Positions 9,454-18,749 of a DNA stretch of 64,000 nt are shown piece by piece; the stretch's first letter is position 1; the number at the start of each line of letters is the position of its first letter. This DNA is from Candidatus Omnitrophota bacterium (GTDB lineage Bacteria; Omnitrophota; Gorgyraeia; Tantalellales; Tantalellaceae): positions 64,835 to 128,834 of the forward strand of contig JBDRKO010000001.1 of assembly GCA_043813915.1 (NCBI GenBank). The letters are read 5' to 3'. A program made the position numbers and the translations under genes. The notes beneath the pieces are model-generated. The model had not been told where the DNA came from, ran no database searches, and saw only the letters and a list, made by a program, of their open reading frames with translations.

Positions 9454-10470
9454 TTATGTTCTTAAGGCCAGCCCTATAGCGACAGCCAGCTGCGGTGATA
9501 CCGAAAGTATTTCCTCTTCCGGTATCGTTTCGTCCAATTTTATCCGGCCTATGGGATCCCATCCCTTTATGTCCATTCCAAGTTCTTTGCCTATCAGCGC
9601 TATCTTATCCTTTTGAGATACGGCGCCTCCCGAACAATATATTTTGCTGACACGCTTATTATATCGGTTCTCGAAATACCCGAAAGATAAATGCAGTTCA
9701 TTCACGATCTCCTTGATCACCTGTATCTGGATAGCGCGCACATCGTCTCCCAGGCTTTCATCCGGGACAGATTTGGCCTTTTCCGCTTCATCCTCAGACA
9801 CGGAAAGTTCTCTGGATATCAGATCCGTTATGTTCTTTCCGCCTATCTGTATCTGTCTCATAAAACAGGGCATCCCGTCCGAGAACACCAATACATCGGT
9901 CTGAGAATGCCCGATATTGAGGAACGCGCTTACTTCTTCCGCGGGAAGCTCATGCGACCGGATGAACGCGTTGTACACGGCGAACGGAGCGATGTCCAGG
10001 ATATTGATGCCGATACCCAATTCGGAGAGCAGGCGGATACGCGCATCGACCAATTCCCTTTTCGCGGCCGCAAGCAGTACCTTCATCTGTCCATGTTCCT
10101 GGATCTCCCCGATTATTATGGAATCCAGCACCACCTCATTCACGCTGAACGGGATATATTTTTCCGCTTCATAGACCAAGGCGCTCTCAAGCTGATCTTT
10201 CTTCATTTTGGGAAGGTTCACGAACCTGACGATCACATCCGGCCCCGAAAGAGACAGATTTACCTCGGAGGGCGAAAGCTCCGCCCCCTTCAAAAGCTCC
10301 TTTATCGCTTTTTTAAGCTCGGTCTCTTTAATGTTCCAGGGAACACTCTTAATATTGTACGCACGGAGGGTCTGGGTCTCTGCTCTTTTTTCCAAAGACA
10401 CGACCTTGAGGGAATAGCTTCCTATATCCAGGCCTACGGTCTCATTGGTTATTCTTTTATTTTTTGCCAT
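9454..10470 (-). CDS. pilM: Type IV pilus assembly ATPase-fold protein PilM
   Basis: VGLDIGSYSLK, EAEKYIPF, VLLAAAK, IGGKNIT, SGG, AVAIGLALR. Confidence 0.95.
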   Translation of the reverse strand: MAKNKRITNETVGLDIGSYSLKVVSLEKRAETQTLRAYNIKSVPWNIKETELKKAIKELLKGAELSPSEVNLSLSGPDVIVRFVNLPKMKKDQLESALVYEAEKYIPFSVNEVVLDSIIIGEIQEHGQMKVLLAAAKRELVDARIRLLSELGIGINILDIAPFAVYNAFIRSHELPAEEVSAFLNIGHSQTDVLVFSDGMPCFMRQIQIGGKNITDLISRELSVSEDEAEKAKSVPDESLGDDVRAIQIQVIKEIVNELHLSFGYFENRYNKRVSKIYCSGGAVSQKDKIALIGKELGMDIKGWDPIGRIKLDETIPEEEILSVSPQLAVAIGLALRT

Positions 10471-10542
10471 TACATGGGAAAAGCCGGTGCACGTCCATTC
10501 TCTCCTGGACTCATCGTATTATTATAATATCTCTATAGGAGA

Positions 10543-10570
10543 GGTTATCATACACATTTCCTATTGTCAA
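10543..10570 (-). promoter_or_regulatory. Putative sigma70 promoter for pilMNOPQ
   Basis: Minus strand TTGACA-N17-TAACCT with TG extension; coordinates approximate. Confidence 0.45.
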
Positions 10571-10590
10571 GACATGCCGCGCCGGGACGG

Positions 10591-10917
10591 TCATTCCAGA
10601 CGATGCCCTTCTGCCGTGCAGGCAGGATATGATTCGGTATCCCCTATGCTGTAAGTCCCTCCCGCCGGACATGACGGCTGGCTTTGAAGATATGCCGGCA
10701 CAAGATCATCCCAGCCGGGAGCGCCTGTCGCGACGGTCCCGGACTCGATCGCCCAGATCTCTTTAGCGTTATCAATACCCTTGAGATTTGACAGACATGA
10801 GTATAAATGCGTCCTTTCCCTGGATCTCTTAAAATTGGGTATCGCGACCGCTAACATCACGCCGAGTATCGACACGACTATCATTATTTCTACTAGTGTA
10901 AACCCTTTTTTTCTCAA
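10591..10917 (-). CDS. Short type IV pilin 2
   Basis: KKG|FTLVEIMIVV; TTG start with SD AGGAGG; C36, CPAGGTY, CxxxGH. Confidence 0.92.
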   Translation of the reverse strand: MRKKGFTLVEIMIVVSILGVMLAVAIPNFKRSRERTHLYSCLSNLKGIDNAKEIWAIESGTVATGAPGWDDLVPAYLQSQPSCPAGGTYSIGDTESYPACTAEGHRLE

Positions 10918-10944
10918 GCACCCCTCCTAAGTTCTTTACCCTGA

Positions 10945-10972
10945 AGTATACATTGTTTTTACGAGTAATCAA
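10945..10972 (-). promoter_or_regulatory. Putative promoter for pilin 2
   Basis: Minus strand TTGATT-N16-TATACT, just downstream of the pilin 1 terminator. Confidence 0.45.
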
Positions 10973-10980
10973 ACTCCCAC

Positions 10981-11048
10981 ATAAATAAAATAAAAAAATA
11001 AAAAAAAAATAAAAAAAAGGGAACGGCCGTTAACGACCGTTCCCTTTT
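10981..11048 (-). terminator. Intrinsic terminator after pilin 1 with an unusually long T tract
   Basis: Stem AAAAGGGAACGG/CCGTTCCCTTTT followed on the minus strand by about 38 nt of T interrupted by single A. Confidence 0.9.
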
Positions 11049-11067
11049 CAGCTCAAAACCGTACGTG

Positions 11068-11397
11068 TTACTGGAGCTTATGTCCGGCAGTGCTGCATGT
11101 AGGTCTCGTTCCTGAAATATCATATGTGCCCTTAGCCGGACATGCCGGAGTGGCTTTCAGATAATCCGGGGAAAGAGCTGCGAGCGTGGCGGGGTTAGCC
11201 CCCGTATCCAGGTTATAAAGCACCATCGCCCCTTCTATCTGCTTCAGGTTGGATATACATGCATTTTTTTGAGCACTTTCTCTGGCTTTCACAAAGTTCG
11301 GTATGGCTATAGCAGCCAATAAACCTATAATTGCGACTACGATCATAATTTCGACCAATGTGAAACCCTTTTTACCCAATAATTTCTGCATTTTCAT
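11068..11397 (-). CDS. pilA: Probable major type IV pilin
   Basis: KKG|FTLVEIMIVVAIIGLLAAIAIPNF; strong SD AAGGAGGTG before ATG 11397; own promoter and terminator. Confidence 0.9.
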   Translation of the reverse strand: MKMQKLLGKKGFTLVEIMIVVAIIGLLAAIAIPNFVKARESAQKNACISNLKQIEGAMVLYNLDTGANPATLAALSPDYLKATPACPAKGTYDISGTRPTCSTAGHKLQ

Positions 11398-11437
11398 TGT
11401 TCTCACCTCCTTTCTTTTTTTAAACACCTATAACCTG

Positions 11438-11466
11438 AGTATACCTTTGCCAAGAGCGAATTGCAA
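11438..11466 (-). promoter_or_regulatory. Sigma70-type promoter for the major pilin
   Basis: Minus strand TTGCAA-N17-TATACT. Confidence 0.65.
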
Positions 11467-11512
11467 GTGAACGGCGTTTTTGCTCCGCCGGACACGTAAA
11501 GCGTCAAAATAT

Positions 11513-12730
11513 CTAGAAACTGACGCTAGAGCTCATCTTGAATATCGGCAGGAACATACATATGACTATACCGCCTATCACTATACCCAGAAAGGCTATA
11601 ACCAAGGGTTCGATAAGACTGGTAAGCCCGTCGACAGTTGAATCAACCTGTTCGTCATAGAAATCCGCTATTTTCTCCAGCATCATCTCCAGTTCACCGC
11701 TTTTTTCCCCTACCGCGATCATCCGGGTCACAAGAGGCGGGAAAATACCGCTTTTTTCCATAGGCAATGCGATACTCTCTCCTCCTCTTACGCTTTCTTT
11801 GACCTGATATACGGTTTTTTCCACCACTAAATTGCCGGAAGTCTTCGCCACGATATCGAGTGCTCCTAGTATGGGAACGCCGCTTTTTACCAAGGTGCCC
11901 AGCGTGCGGGTAAATTTACTTATCGCCACCTTGCTGAACAAAGTCCCGAATACGGGCAAACGAAGCTTTATCCCGTCTATCGCGTACTTTCCGTTCTCGG
12001 TCCTCATATACGCCTTTAACGCCACGACCGCCAAGGCGATCAGCACCATCAGCGTCACGAAATTGCTCCTGGTCCAGTTGCTCAGCGCTATAAGGAACTG
12101 CGTCGGCTTTGGAAGGTCCGCCCCTAGTCCCGAGAACATATCCTCGAACACCGGGATGACCTTGATTATCATAACGAGAGTTATCACGACCGCCATAGCG
12201 CTTACAACAGCCGGATATATCATTGCGGAACCCAATTTTTTCTGGAGAGCGCTTGTCTTTTCAAGATGCATCGCTACCCTATCAAGGACCTCTTCCAGCA
12301 TACCGCTGGATTCTCCTGCCTTTATCATGTTTATAAAGTAGGATGAGAACATCGCGGAATATTTCCCCATCGCTTCCGACAAACTGGCCCCGGTATTAAC
12401 GGCGCTGTACACATCCTTGAGCACTCTTTTCATCCGCGGATTATCCACTTGGGCCGCGAGCGTGTCAAGGGATTCTATTATCGTTATCCCGGCACCCGTC
12501 ATAGTTGCCATCTGCCTGGAAAATATCACCAGTTCTTCCAAAGGGACTTTTCCCGAGGTATTTTTAGAGGAAGGGAAAAAGGTTTTTTTTTCTTTTTTCT
12601 TCTCTATCTTAAGTACAAGCAGCTCTTTTCCTCGCAGCATTTCCAAAGCATGCGGCTGATCCAGCGCCTGGACCTCCCCGTTTACGGTCTGTCCGTCCTT
12701 GTTCTTTGCTGTATAGATAAAATCCGACAT
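11513..12730 (-). CDS. pilC: Type IV pilus platform protein PilC (GspF family)
   Basis: FSRQMATM..AG, AGESSGML, AMIYP, VGEKSGEL, LIEP, FLPIF. Confidence 0.97.
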   Translation of the reverse strand: MSDFIYTAKNKDGQTVNGEVQALDQPHALEMLRGKELLVLKIEKKKEKKTFFPSSKNTSGKVPLEELVIFSRQMATMTGAGITIIESLDTLAAQVDNPRMKRVLKDVYSAVNTGASLSEAMGKYSAMFSSYFINMIKAGESSGMLEEVLDRVAMHLEKTSALQKKLGSAMIYPAVVSAMAVVITLVMIIKVIPVFEDMFSGLGADLPKPTQFLIALSNWTRSNFVTLMVLIALAVVALKAYMRTENGKYAIDGIKLRLPVFGTLFSKVAISKFTRTLGTLVKSGVPILGALDIVAKTSGNLVVEKTVYQVKESVRGGESIALPMEKSGIFPPLVTRMIAVGEKSGELEMMLEKIADFYDEQVDSTVDGLTSLIEPLVIAFLGIVIGGIVICMFLPIFKMSSSVSF

Positions 12731-12743
12731 TTTTCCTTATCCG

Positions 12744-14456
12744 TTATGTTACCCTCATTACTTCCTCTAATGTGGTCCACCCCTTGATGAACTTTATCAT
12801 AGCGTTGTCCCTCAGTGTATTGACCTTCTTCTCCCTAAGATATTTTTTTATATTTTCCTCGGACTCCCTGCGGTTTATCATCGCCCGAATATCATCATCT
12901 ATGAGAAGCGTCTCCAGCGTCCCCAACCGCCCGCTATAACCTGTGCCGTTACACCTCTTACACCCCGTTGCGGCGAAAAACTCTTTTGTCTCCCGGGCTT
13001 CGGGGTATTTCTCCATGATCTCCTTCAAGAGTTTCTCCGGTATCTTGGTCTCCGTCTTGCAGCTCGGGCAGAGCTTCCTCAAAAGACGCTGAGCGCATGC
13101 CATGATAAGGCTTGAAGCGATAAGAAAAGGTTCTATACCCATATTTACCAGACGTGTTATCGCCCCCACAGAGTCATTGGTATGGAGCGTGCTTAGGACC
13201 AGCTGTCCCGTTAGAGAGGCCTTTGTCGCTATATCCGCGGTTTCAAGGTCCCGTATCTCACCGATCATTATCACGTCCGGGCTCTGCCTCAGTATCGCCC
13301 TCAACCCGCCTGTAAAATCCAGCCCGATCTCCGGGCGCGCGGCTATCTGAGTGATACCTCCGACCTGATATTCTACGGGATCCTCTACCGTAAGGATGTT
13401 CTTCTCCGGCGTATTCATCTCATTGAGTATGGAATACAATGTAGTTGATTTCCCGCTCCCCGTAGGTCCGGTAACGAGTATTATCCCGAACGGCTTTAAC
13501 AAGGCTTCCCTGAAATCAGCGAGCGGTCCGGGAAGGAACCCAAGGGTCTCAAGCCCCACGGAAAGATTGCTCCTGTCCAGAGCCCTGAGCACTATCTTAT
13601 TACCGAAACTCGTCGGCAGGGACGATACGCGGAAATCCACTTCCTTCTTGTCCGTCTTTATGCGGAACCTTCCGTCCTGAGGCACCCGGGTCTCCGTAAT
13701 ATCCAGATTGGACATTATCTTAAGACGCGCGAGTATAGCGTTCTGGTTCTTTTTAGGAAGATCGAACACATCCTGTAACTGCCCGTCCACTCGGTACCTT
13801 ATGCGCAGATTTTTTTCCTGCGGTTCGATATGTATGTCACTGGCCCGTTTTTTCAGCGCTTCAGAGATGATCAGGTCCACCATTTTTATTATGGGCGCCG
13901 CCTTGCTCTCTTTTGCTATTTCGTTCATGTCGGCGTCATCGCCGCGCGACAGGAACTCGACATCCGAATCGCCGCGTTCCTCCTCCTCGTCTATCATTTC
14001 GGTGAGATTATCCTCTTCTGACCTGTAAAAATTATTCAGGGCTTCCTGTATGTCTTTGCGGGTAGACAGAACGAGTTTCACATTGCAGCCGGAAATGGTC
14101 TTTATATCGTCGATCGCGAGAACATCCGCGGGATTAGCGACAACCAAAGTGATGTCGTTCCCTATTTTAGAAAGAGGCACAACCAGATGCCTCCTGAGAA
14201 GTTTTTCCGGTATAGAACCCACGATATCGGGATCCATTGACATTCTCGACACATCGATAAAAGGAACACCCATAACGCGGCTGACGACGGTCAAAAGTTC
14301 TTGGTCCGATATCATCCCGCTTTCCGTGAACATGTTTATAATGTCCCCGTCGGTCTCTTCCTGAAGGTTCTTAAGCATACCCTCGATGCGGTCCCTTTCG
14401 ACAAGACCGTTATCCAGAAGCTCTTTTAGTATCTTTTCCCTAAGGGATACTTCCAT
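12744..14456 (-). CDS. pilB: Pilus extension ATPase PilB/GspE, copy 1
   Basis: ASDIHIEP, PQDGR, Walker A GPTGSGKST, EDPVEY, GEIRD, TLHTN, tetra-Cys CPSC/CKRC. Confidence 0.95.
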   Translation of the reverse strand: MEVSLREKILKELLDNGLVERDRIEGMLKNLQEETDGDIINMFTESGMISDQELLTVVSRVMGVPFIDVSRMSMDPDIVGSIPEKLLRRHLVVPLSKIGNDITLVVANPADVLAIDDIKTISGCNVKLVLSTRKDIQEALNNFYRSEEDNLTEMIDEEEERGDSDVEFLSRGDDADMNEIAKESKAAPIIKMVDLIISEALKKRASDIHIEPQEKNLRIRYRVDGQLQDVFDLPKKNQNAILARLKIMSNLDITETRVPQDGRFRIKTDKKEVDFRVSSLPTSFGNKIVLRALDRSNLSVGLETLGFLPGPLADFREALLKPFGIILVTGPTGSGKSTTLYSILNEMNTPEKNILTVEDPVEYQVGGITQIAARPEIGLDFTGGLRAILRQSPDVIMIGEIRDLETADIATKASLTGQLVLSTLHTNDSVGAITRLVNMGIEPFLIASSLIMACAQRLLRKLCPSCKTETKIPEKLLKEIMEKYPEARETKEFFAATGCKRCNGTGYSGRLGTLETLLIDDDIRAMINRRESEENIKKYLREKKVNTLRDNAMIKFIKGWTTLEEVMRVT

Positions 14457-14466
14457 CCCTCCCCCT

Positions 14467-16194
14467 TCACTGCGCTGTTTCCCTGTCCGCTGTCGTCACT
14501 CTCAATACTTCTTCCAACGATGTCTTTCCTTCCAACACGTTCTCTATCCCGTTCTCCCTCAGTGTTACCATGCCTTCTTTTCTCGCTACGCTCTCTATCT
14601 CGGCTTCTTGGGCCTTTTCAAAGATCAACTTTTTTATTTCCGGTGAAAGTTTCATACACTCTATTATCCCTATACGGCCAAGATATCCGGTATTAGAACA
14701 GCGTTTGCATCCTTTGGGCCGGCAGATTCTGACCTTCTTTCCGTCTTTACCGAAAAGCCTGAACTTCCCGGCAATATCATCCGTCGGCTCATATGCTTCT
14801 TTGCAGTCGCTGCAGAGTTGACGGATCAGCCTCTGCGCGGCCACCAGTTCTACGGAGGCCGCTATAAGGAATGGGTCGATCCCCATATTCGTCATCCTTA
14901 TTATGGAACCGGCGGCGGTATTGGTATGGAGCGTACTGAGCACCAAGTGCCCTGTAAGCGCCGATTTTATAGCGACATCAAGCGTGTCATAATCCCTTAT
15001 CTCCCCGACCATGATTATGTCGGGGTCCTGCCGCAAGATAGATCTTAACGTGCTGGCGAACGTAAGCCCCACTTCCTCGTTGACCGCTACTTGGTTCAGC
15101 CCTTTCATTTCGTATTCGACCGGATCCTCTACGGTTATTATGTTCTTTTTCGGATCGTCCACATGGCACATCGCGGCGTATAGAGTGGTCGTCTTTCCGC
15201 ACCCGGTAGGTCCGCAGATGAGGATCATACCGTGAGGTTTTTCGCTAGCTTCCTTTATCCTCGCGCTGTCCCGATCTTTCAAGCCCAGCCTATCGAGATC
15301 TATGACCGCCTGTTCTTTGTCCAGGATTCGCAAGGCGACCTTTTCCCCGAAACTGGACGGGACAGTAGATATACGAAAATCCACTTTCCTGTCCTCTATC
15401 TTTATCCGGAACCGTCCGTCCTGAGGCAAGCGTCTCTCGGTAATATCCAGACCGGACATGACCTTAAGCCGGGAAACTAACGCCTGGTGGAATTTGCGGG
15501 GGGGACTGTAACTTACGTGAAGCATACCGTCGACCCGGTATCTTATACGCGATTCGTTCTCCATGGGTTCGATGAGAATATCGCTTGCCCTTTCTTTGAC
15601 CGCCCGCCCGAGTATCATGTTGGTGAGCTTGACGACCGGCGCCTCTTCGGTTATGCGCAGAAGGTCTCCCGAAGAAAGGTTCTCATCTTCCTCTTTCACC
15701 ATCTCCATTTTCGCGCTCTCGATGTCATCTGCTATAGTAGATATCTCCTCATCCGCGGATCTTTCATGATATTTTCGTATGGCATCCTGCATATCGTCTT
15801 CCGCGACAATAACGGGACTTATGTGCATGTTCGTAACGGCCTTCAGGTCGTCCAAAGCCATTATGTTCAGAGGATCCACCATCGCCACGGTAAGCTGATC
15901 AGCCGTGTGCGATATCGGCAGTATTTGATACGCGATGGATATCTTTTTCGGAATGATCTTCAGGGTATCTTCATCGATATGGAAGCTTGAAAGTTTCATC
16001 GGGGGAAACCCGAGTTCCTCGCTTACGGAGGTCATTATGTCATCTTTTGAAATGAGGTTCATCCCAACGAGCGTTTCGCTGAGGCTCCCCCCCTTCTTGG
16101 AACATATCTCCCATGCTTTGCGGAGATCATTTTCGGTCACCAGTTTTTTTTTGACCAGGAATTCACAGATCCTCTTAGTAAGCGACAATGCCAT
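14467..16194 (-). CDS. pilB: Pilus extension ATPase PilB/GspE, copy 2
   Basis: PQDGR, Walker A GPTGCGKTT, RQDPDIIMVGEIRD, TLHTN, CSDC/CKRC. Confidence 0.95.
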   Translation of the reverse strand: MALSLTKRICEFLVKKKLVTENDLRKAWEICSKKGGSLSETLVGMNLISKDDIMTSVSEELGFPPMKLSSFHIDEDTLKIIPKKISIAYQILPISHTADQLTVAMVDPLNIMALDDLKAVTNMHISPVIVAEDDMQDAIRKYHERSADEEISTIADDIESAKMEMVKEEDENLSSGDLLRITEEAPVVKLTNMILGRAVKERASDILIEPMENESRIRYRVDGMLHVSYSPPRKFHQALVSRLKVMSGLDITERRLPQDGRFRIKIEDRKVDFRISTVPSSFGEKVALRILDKEQAVIDLDRLGLKDRDSARIKEASEKPHGMILICGPTGCGKTTTLYAAMCHVDDPKKNIITVEDPVEYEMKGLNQVAVNEEVGLTFASTLRSILRQDPDIIMVGEIRDYDTLDVAIKSALTGHLVLSTLHTNTAAGSIIRMTNMGIDPFLIAASVELVAAQRLIRQLCSDCKEAYEPTDDIAGKFRLFGKDGKKVRICRPKGCKRCSNTGYLGRIGIIECMKLSPEIKKLIFEKAQEAEIESVARKEGMVTLRENGIENVLEGKTSLEEVLRVTTADRETAQ

Positions 16195-16221
16195 TACCGA
16201 TCCTTCCAGACTTTAGAGTTA

Positions 16222-16665
16222 TTATTGATATAGCTTATTCAAAGCGTCCTGTATCGACGTAACCGTCGAAATAAAAACCTGGATCTTTTTCTTGGTTATC
16301 ATCTCTATGTCCTCAATAGCTTTGGTGTTCAGAGGGTTGGACATAGCAACGCTCAAGATGTTGCCCATTATATCCAGAGGGACTATGCTGTACTGCCGCG
16401 CCACATTTTCAGGCACTATCCTGACGATCTGCTTCTTCAGCTCGTAATTCTCCAACGGCAGATACGGGAACCCGTACTGTACGGTCAGCGCCTGCACAAT
16501 ATCCCGTTCTTTTACATATCCCAATTTGACCAGTATCTCCCCTATGAGACCTCCCTCTCTTGTTTGATAATCAAGAGCTCTCTGAAGCTGGTCTTCCGAA
16601 AGGACCCCCGTTGAGATAAGGATGTCCCCGAGCTTTTTCCTTTCTTTGGAACCGTCAAAATTCAT
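16222..16665 (-). CDS. Stand-alone MshEN (T2SSE N-terminal) domain protein, putative c-di-GMP receptor
   Basis: Two MshEN-like repeats, KLGDILISTGVLSEDQLQRALDYQ and LIGEILVKLGYVKERDIVQALTVQ, then VAMSNP; no ATPase domain. Confidence 0.88.
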   Translation of the reverse strand: MNFDGSKERKKLGDILISTGVLSEDQLQRALDYQTREGGLIGEILVKLGYVKERDIVQALTVQYGFPYLPLENYELKKQIVRIVPENVARQYSIVPLDIMGNILSVAMSNPLNTKAIEDIEMITKKKIQVFISTVTSIQDALNKLYQ

Positions 16666-16686
16666 ATTGCCACCGTCTCCCAATGA

Positions 16687-17748
16687 TCATGAAATAAGTT
16701 TGGACAGCTCTTCCACGTCCGACGATCTTCCTATGGCCTCTTCCGCGCTTATCTCGCCTTTTTCATAAAGCTCCGCTAAAGCCTGGTTCATGGTCTTCAT
16801 CCCGCTCTTCTGCGACGTCTGTATAACGGAATATATCTGATGCTCCTTACCGTCCCTTATCAGGCTGCGTATCGCCGGGTTAGCGACCAGTATCTCCGAA
16901 GCCAGGACTCTGCCTTTACCGTTCTTTCTTGGAACGAGCTGCTGCGATATGATTCCCGAAAGCACAAAAGACAGCTGTGCTCTGATCTGTTTCTGCTGAT
17001 GCGCCGGAAAAACATCCACTATACGGTTTATGGTCTGTGTACTGTCCGAAGTATGAAGCGTCCCCAGGACAAGATGCCCCGTATCCGCTATTATCATAGC
17101 CTGCTGAATGGTATCCACGTCCCTGAGCTCTCCTATCAGTATAACATCCGGGTCCTGCCTCAATACATGCACCAGCGCGTTCGTAAAAGAATGCGTATCC
17201 TCCAGCAGCTGGCGCTGGTCGACTATGGCCATATTGTTATCGTGAACGAACTCTATCGGGTCTTCGACGGTTACGATATGACAATCCCTTGTCCGGTTTA
17301 TCTCATCCACGATCGCCGCCAGTGTAGTGGATTTACCGCTTCCCGTCGCTCCCGTCACAAGAACGAGCCCTTTAAGCATTTCGCAGAATTTCCCGACAAC
17401 TTTTTCGGGCAAGCCGCATTCCGATATCCCTTTTATGGAAAGAGGTATAAGTCTTATCGCGCATCCTATTTCGCCCCGCTGCAGGAAGATATTTCCTCTG
17501 TACCTGGCTACCCCTTCTATGGAAAGCGAGAAATCCAGTTCTTTATCCTTCTCGAATCTCTCCAATTGTTCCGGCGTAAGAAGGCTGTGTATAATGTCTC
17601 TTGCTTCATCTCCCGACAGGGCCTTTCCTTCTATTTCCACCAGGCGTCCGTCAATACGATAGTGCATAGGGGAGTTCACCCCTATATGCATATCCGACGC
17701 GTCGTTCGCCGGCATCGCGGACAGCAGTTTGCGGATATCATCTCTCAT
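16687..17748 (-). CDS. pilT: Pilus retraction ATPase PilT
   Basis: ASDMH, GATGSGKSTTLAA, EDPIEF, LRQDPDVILIGELRD, TLHT, AIRSLIR. Confidence 0.97.
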   Translation of the reverse strand: MRDDIRKLLSAMPANDASDMHIGVNSPMHYRIDGRLVEIEGKALSGDEARDIIHSLLTPEQLERFEKDKELDFSLSIEGVARYRGNIFLQRGEIGCAIRLIPLSIKGISECGLPEKVVGKFCEMLKGLVLVTGATGSGKSTTLAAIVDEINRTRDCHIVTVEDPIEFVHDNNMAIVDQRQLLEDTHSFTNALVHVLRQDPDVILIGELRDVDTIQQAMIIADTGHLVLGTLHTSDSTQTINRIVDVFPAHQQKQIRAQLSFVLSGIISQQLVPRKNGKGRVLASEILVANPAIRSLIRDGKEHQIYSVIQTSQKSGMKTMNQALAELYEKGEISAEEAIGRSSDVEELSKLIS

Positions 17749-17778
17749 AGGGATCTATCCTTTCGGAGCTTATTGCCA

Positions 17779-18639
17779 TTATTCCCCGTTTACCCTGTTC
17801 TTGCCGCTCTTTTTAGCTTTGTCCAGATATCTCTTCGCGCTGAAAACCACCTCTTTGACATCCGACCCGTCTATCGGGTTCTCCCCTACACCGAGGCTCA
17901 CGGTGATACGGGTACCCGAAATATCCATCTGTTCCACGCGTTTCCGTATGTCCTCCGCGGTCTCCAACGCTTCGCGTTTATTCCTTTCGGGAAGCAACAT
18001 GCCGAATTCATCCGAAGATGTCCGCGCGAGCGTCCCTACGGGCGGAACTATACCGCTCAAGAGGTTCGCTACCGACTTAAGGGCCTTCTCTGCCATCTCC
18101 GGACCGTGAGTATTCGAATATTTTTTGCAGTCATCGATGTTCAGTATTATGAGAGAACACGGTCTCTGAAAATACTGCGCCCGTTTGAGTTCTTCTCCCA
18201 TACACTCCTCCATATGCGAAAAAGTATAAAGCCCGGTAAGCCTGTCTATAACGTCCTTGCTGCCTCTTTTTTCTTCTTGCATCCGTATCTTGGCTACCAT
18301 TTCGTTCACGCCGTTGGCTATATCTCCGAGTTCATCCTCGCGGCGCAGGGTTATATTCGCATCATACCTTCCCCCCGCTATTTTTTTTACTTCGTTCGCC
18401 ATATCCACAAGAGGCAGGACTATGGTCCTTGCCAGAAGATACCCCATCCAAGATACCCATAACGAGAATATGACTATTATGGACACTTGGAGCATTTCAC
18501 GTTCCATCTCGCGAAATATATAGTTCGTAACGAAATACGCCATGCTCAAGAGAGGGATTATGGACATCAGAGAGAACGCAATAAGCAGTTTCTGCTTTAC
18601 GCTTCTTCTTTCAAGCGACATATTTTTGGCTAAGCCCAT
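17779..18639 (-). CDS. Membrane protein, 2TM-HAMP-degenerate GGDEF (SSDEF)
   Basis: Two TM helices, HAMP (DELGDIA..VNEM), DRLTGL, ARTSSDEF, ITVSLGV, KAKKSGKNRV. Confidence 0.88.
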   Translation of the reverse strand: MGLAKNMSLERRSVKQKLLIAFSLMSIIPLLSMAYFVTNYIFREMEREMLQVSIIVIFSLWVSWMGYLLARTIVLPLVDMANEVKKIAGGRYDANITLRREDELGDIANGVNEMVAKIRMQEEKRGSKDVIDRLTGLYTFSHMEECMGEELKRAQYFQRPCSLIILNIDDCKKYSNTHGPEMAEKALKSVANLLSGIVPPVGTLARTSSDEFGMLLPERNKREALETAEDIRKRVEQMDISGTRITVSLGVGENPIDGSDVKEVVFSAKRYLDKAKKSGKNRVNGE

Positions 18640-18699
18640 ACATGACCTCCGCTAGTATCTGCATATCTACACAGGTATCTCTACCGTTTTGACCCAACA

Positions 18700-18728
18700 A
18701 TAATACCTAACAACTCAGCAAAAGTCAA
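18700..18728 (-). promoter_or_regulatory. Sigma70-type promoter heading the pilus block
   Basis: Minus strand TTGACT-N17-TATTAT. Confidence 0.6.
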
Positions 18729-18749
18729 AAAACAAGGTTTCCTTTTTTT

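Noticed and set aside
12575-16155. A9 tracts in pilC and pilB as phase-variation sites
   Set aside because: They encode Lys-rich segments, the frames are intact, and similar tracts occur in housekeeping genes here.
16840-18462. 540-aa plus-strand ORF
   Set aside because: Antisense shadow of pilT and the GGDEF gene; no recognisable motifs.
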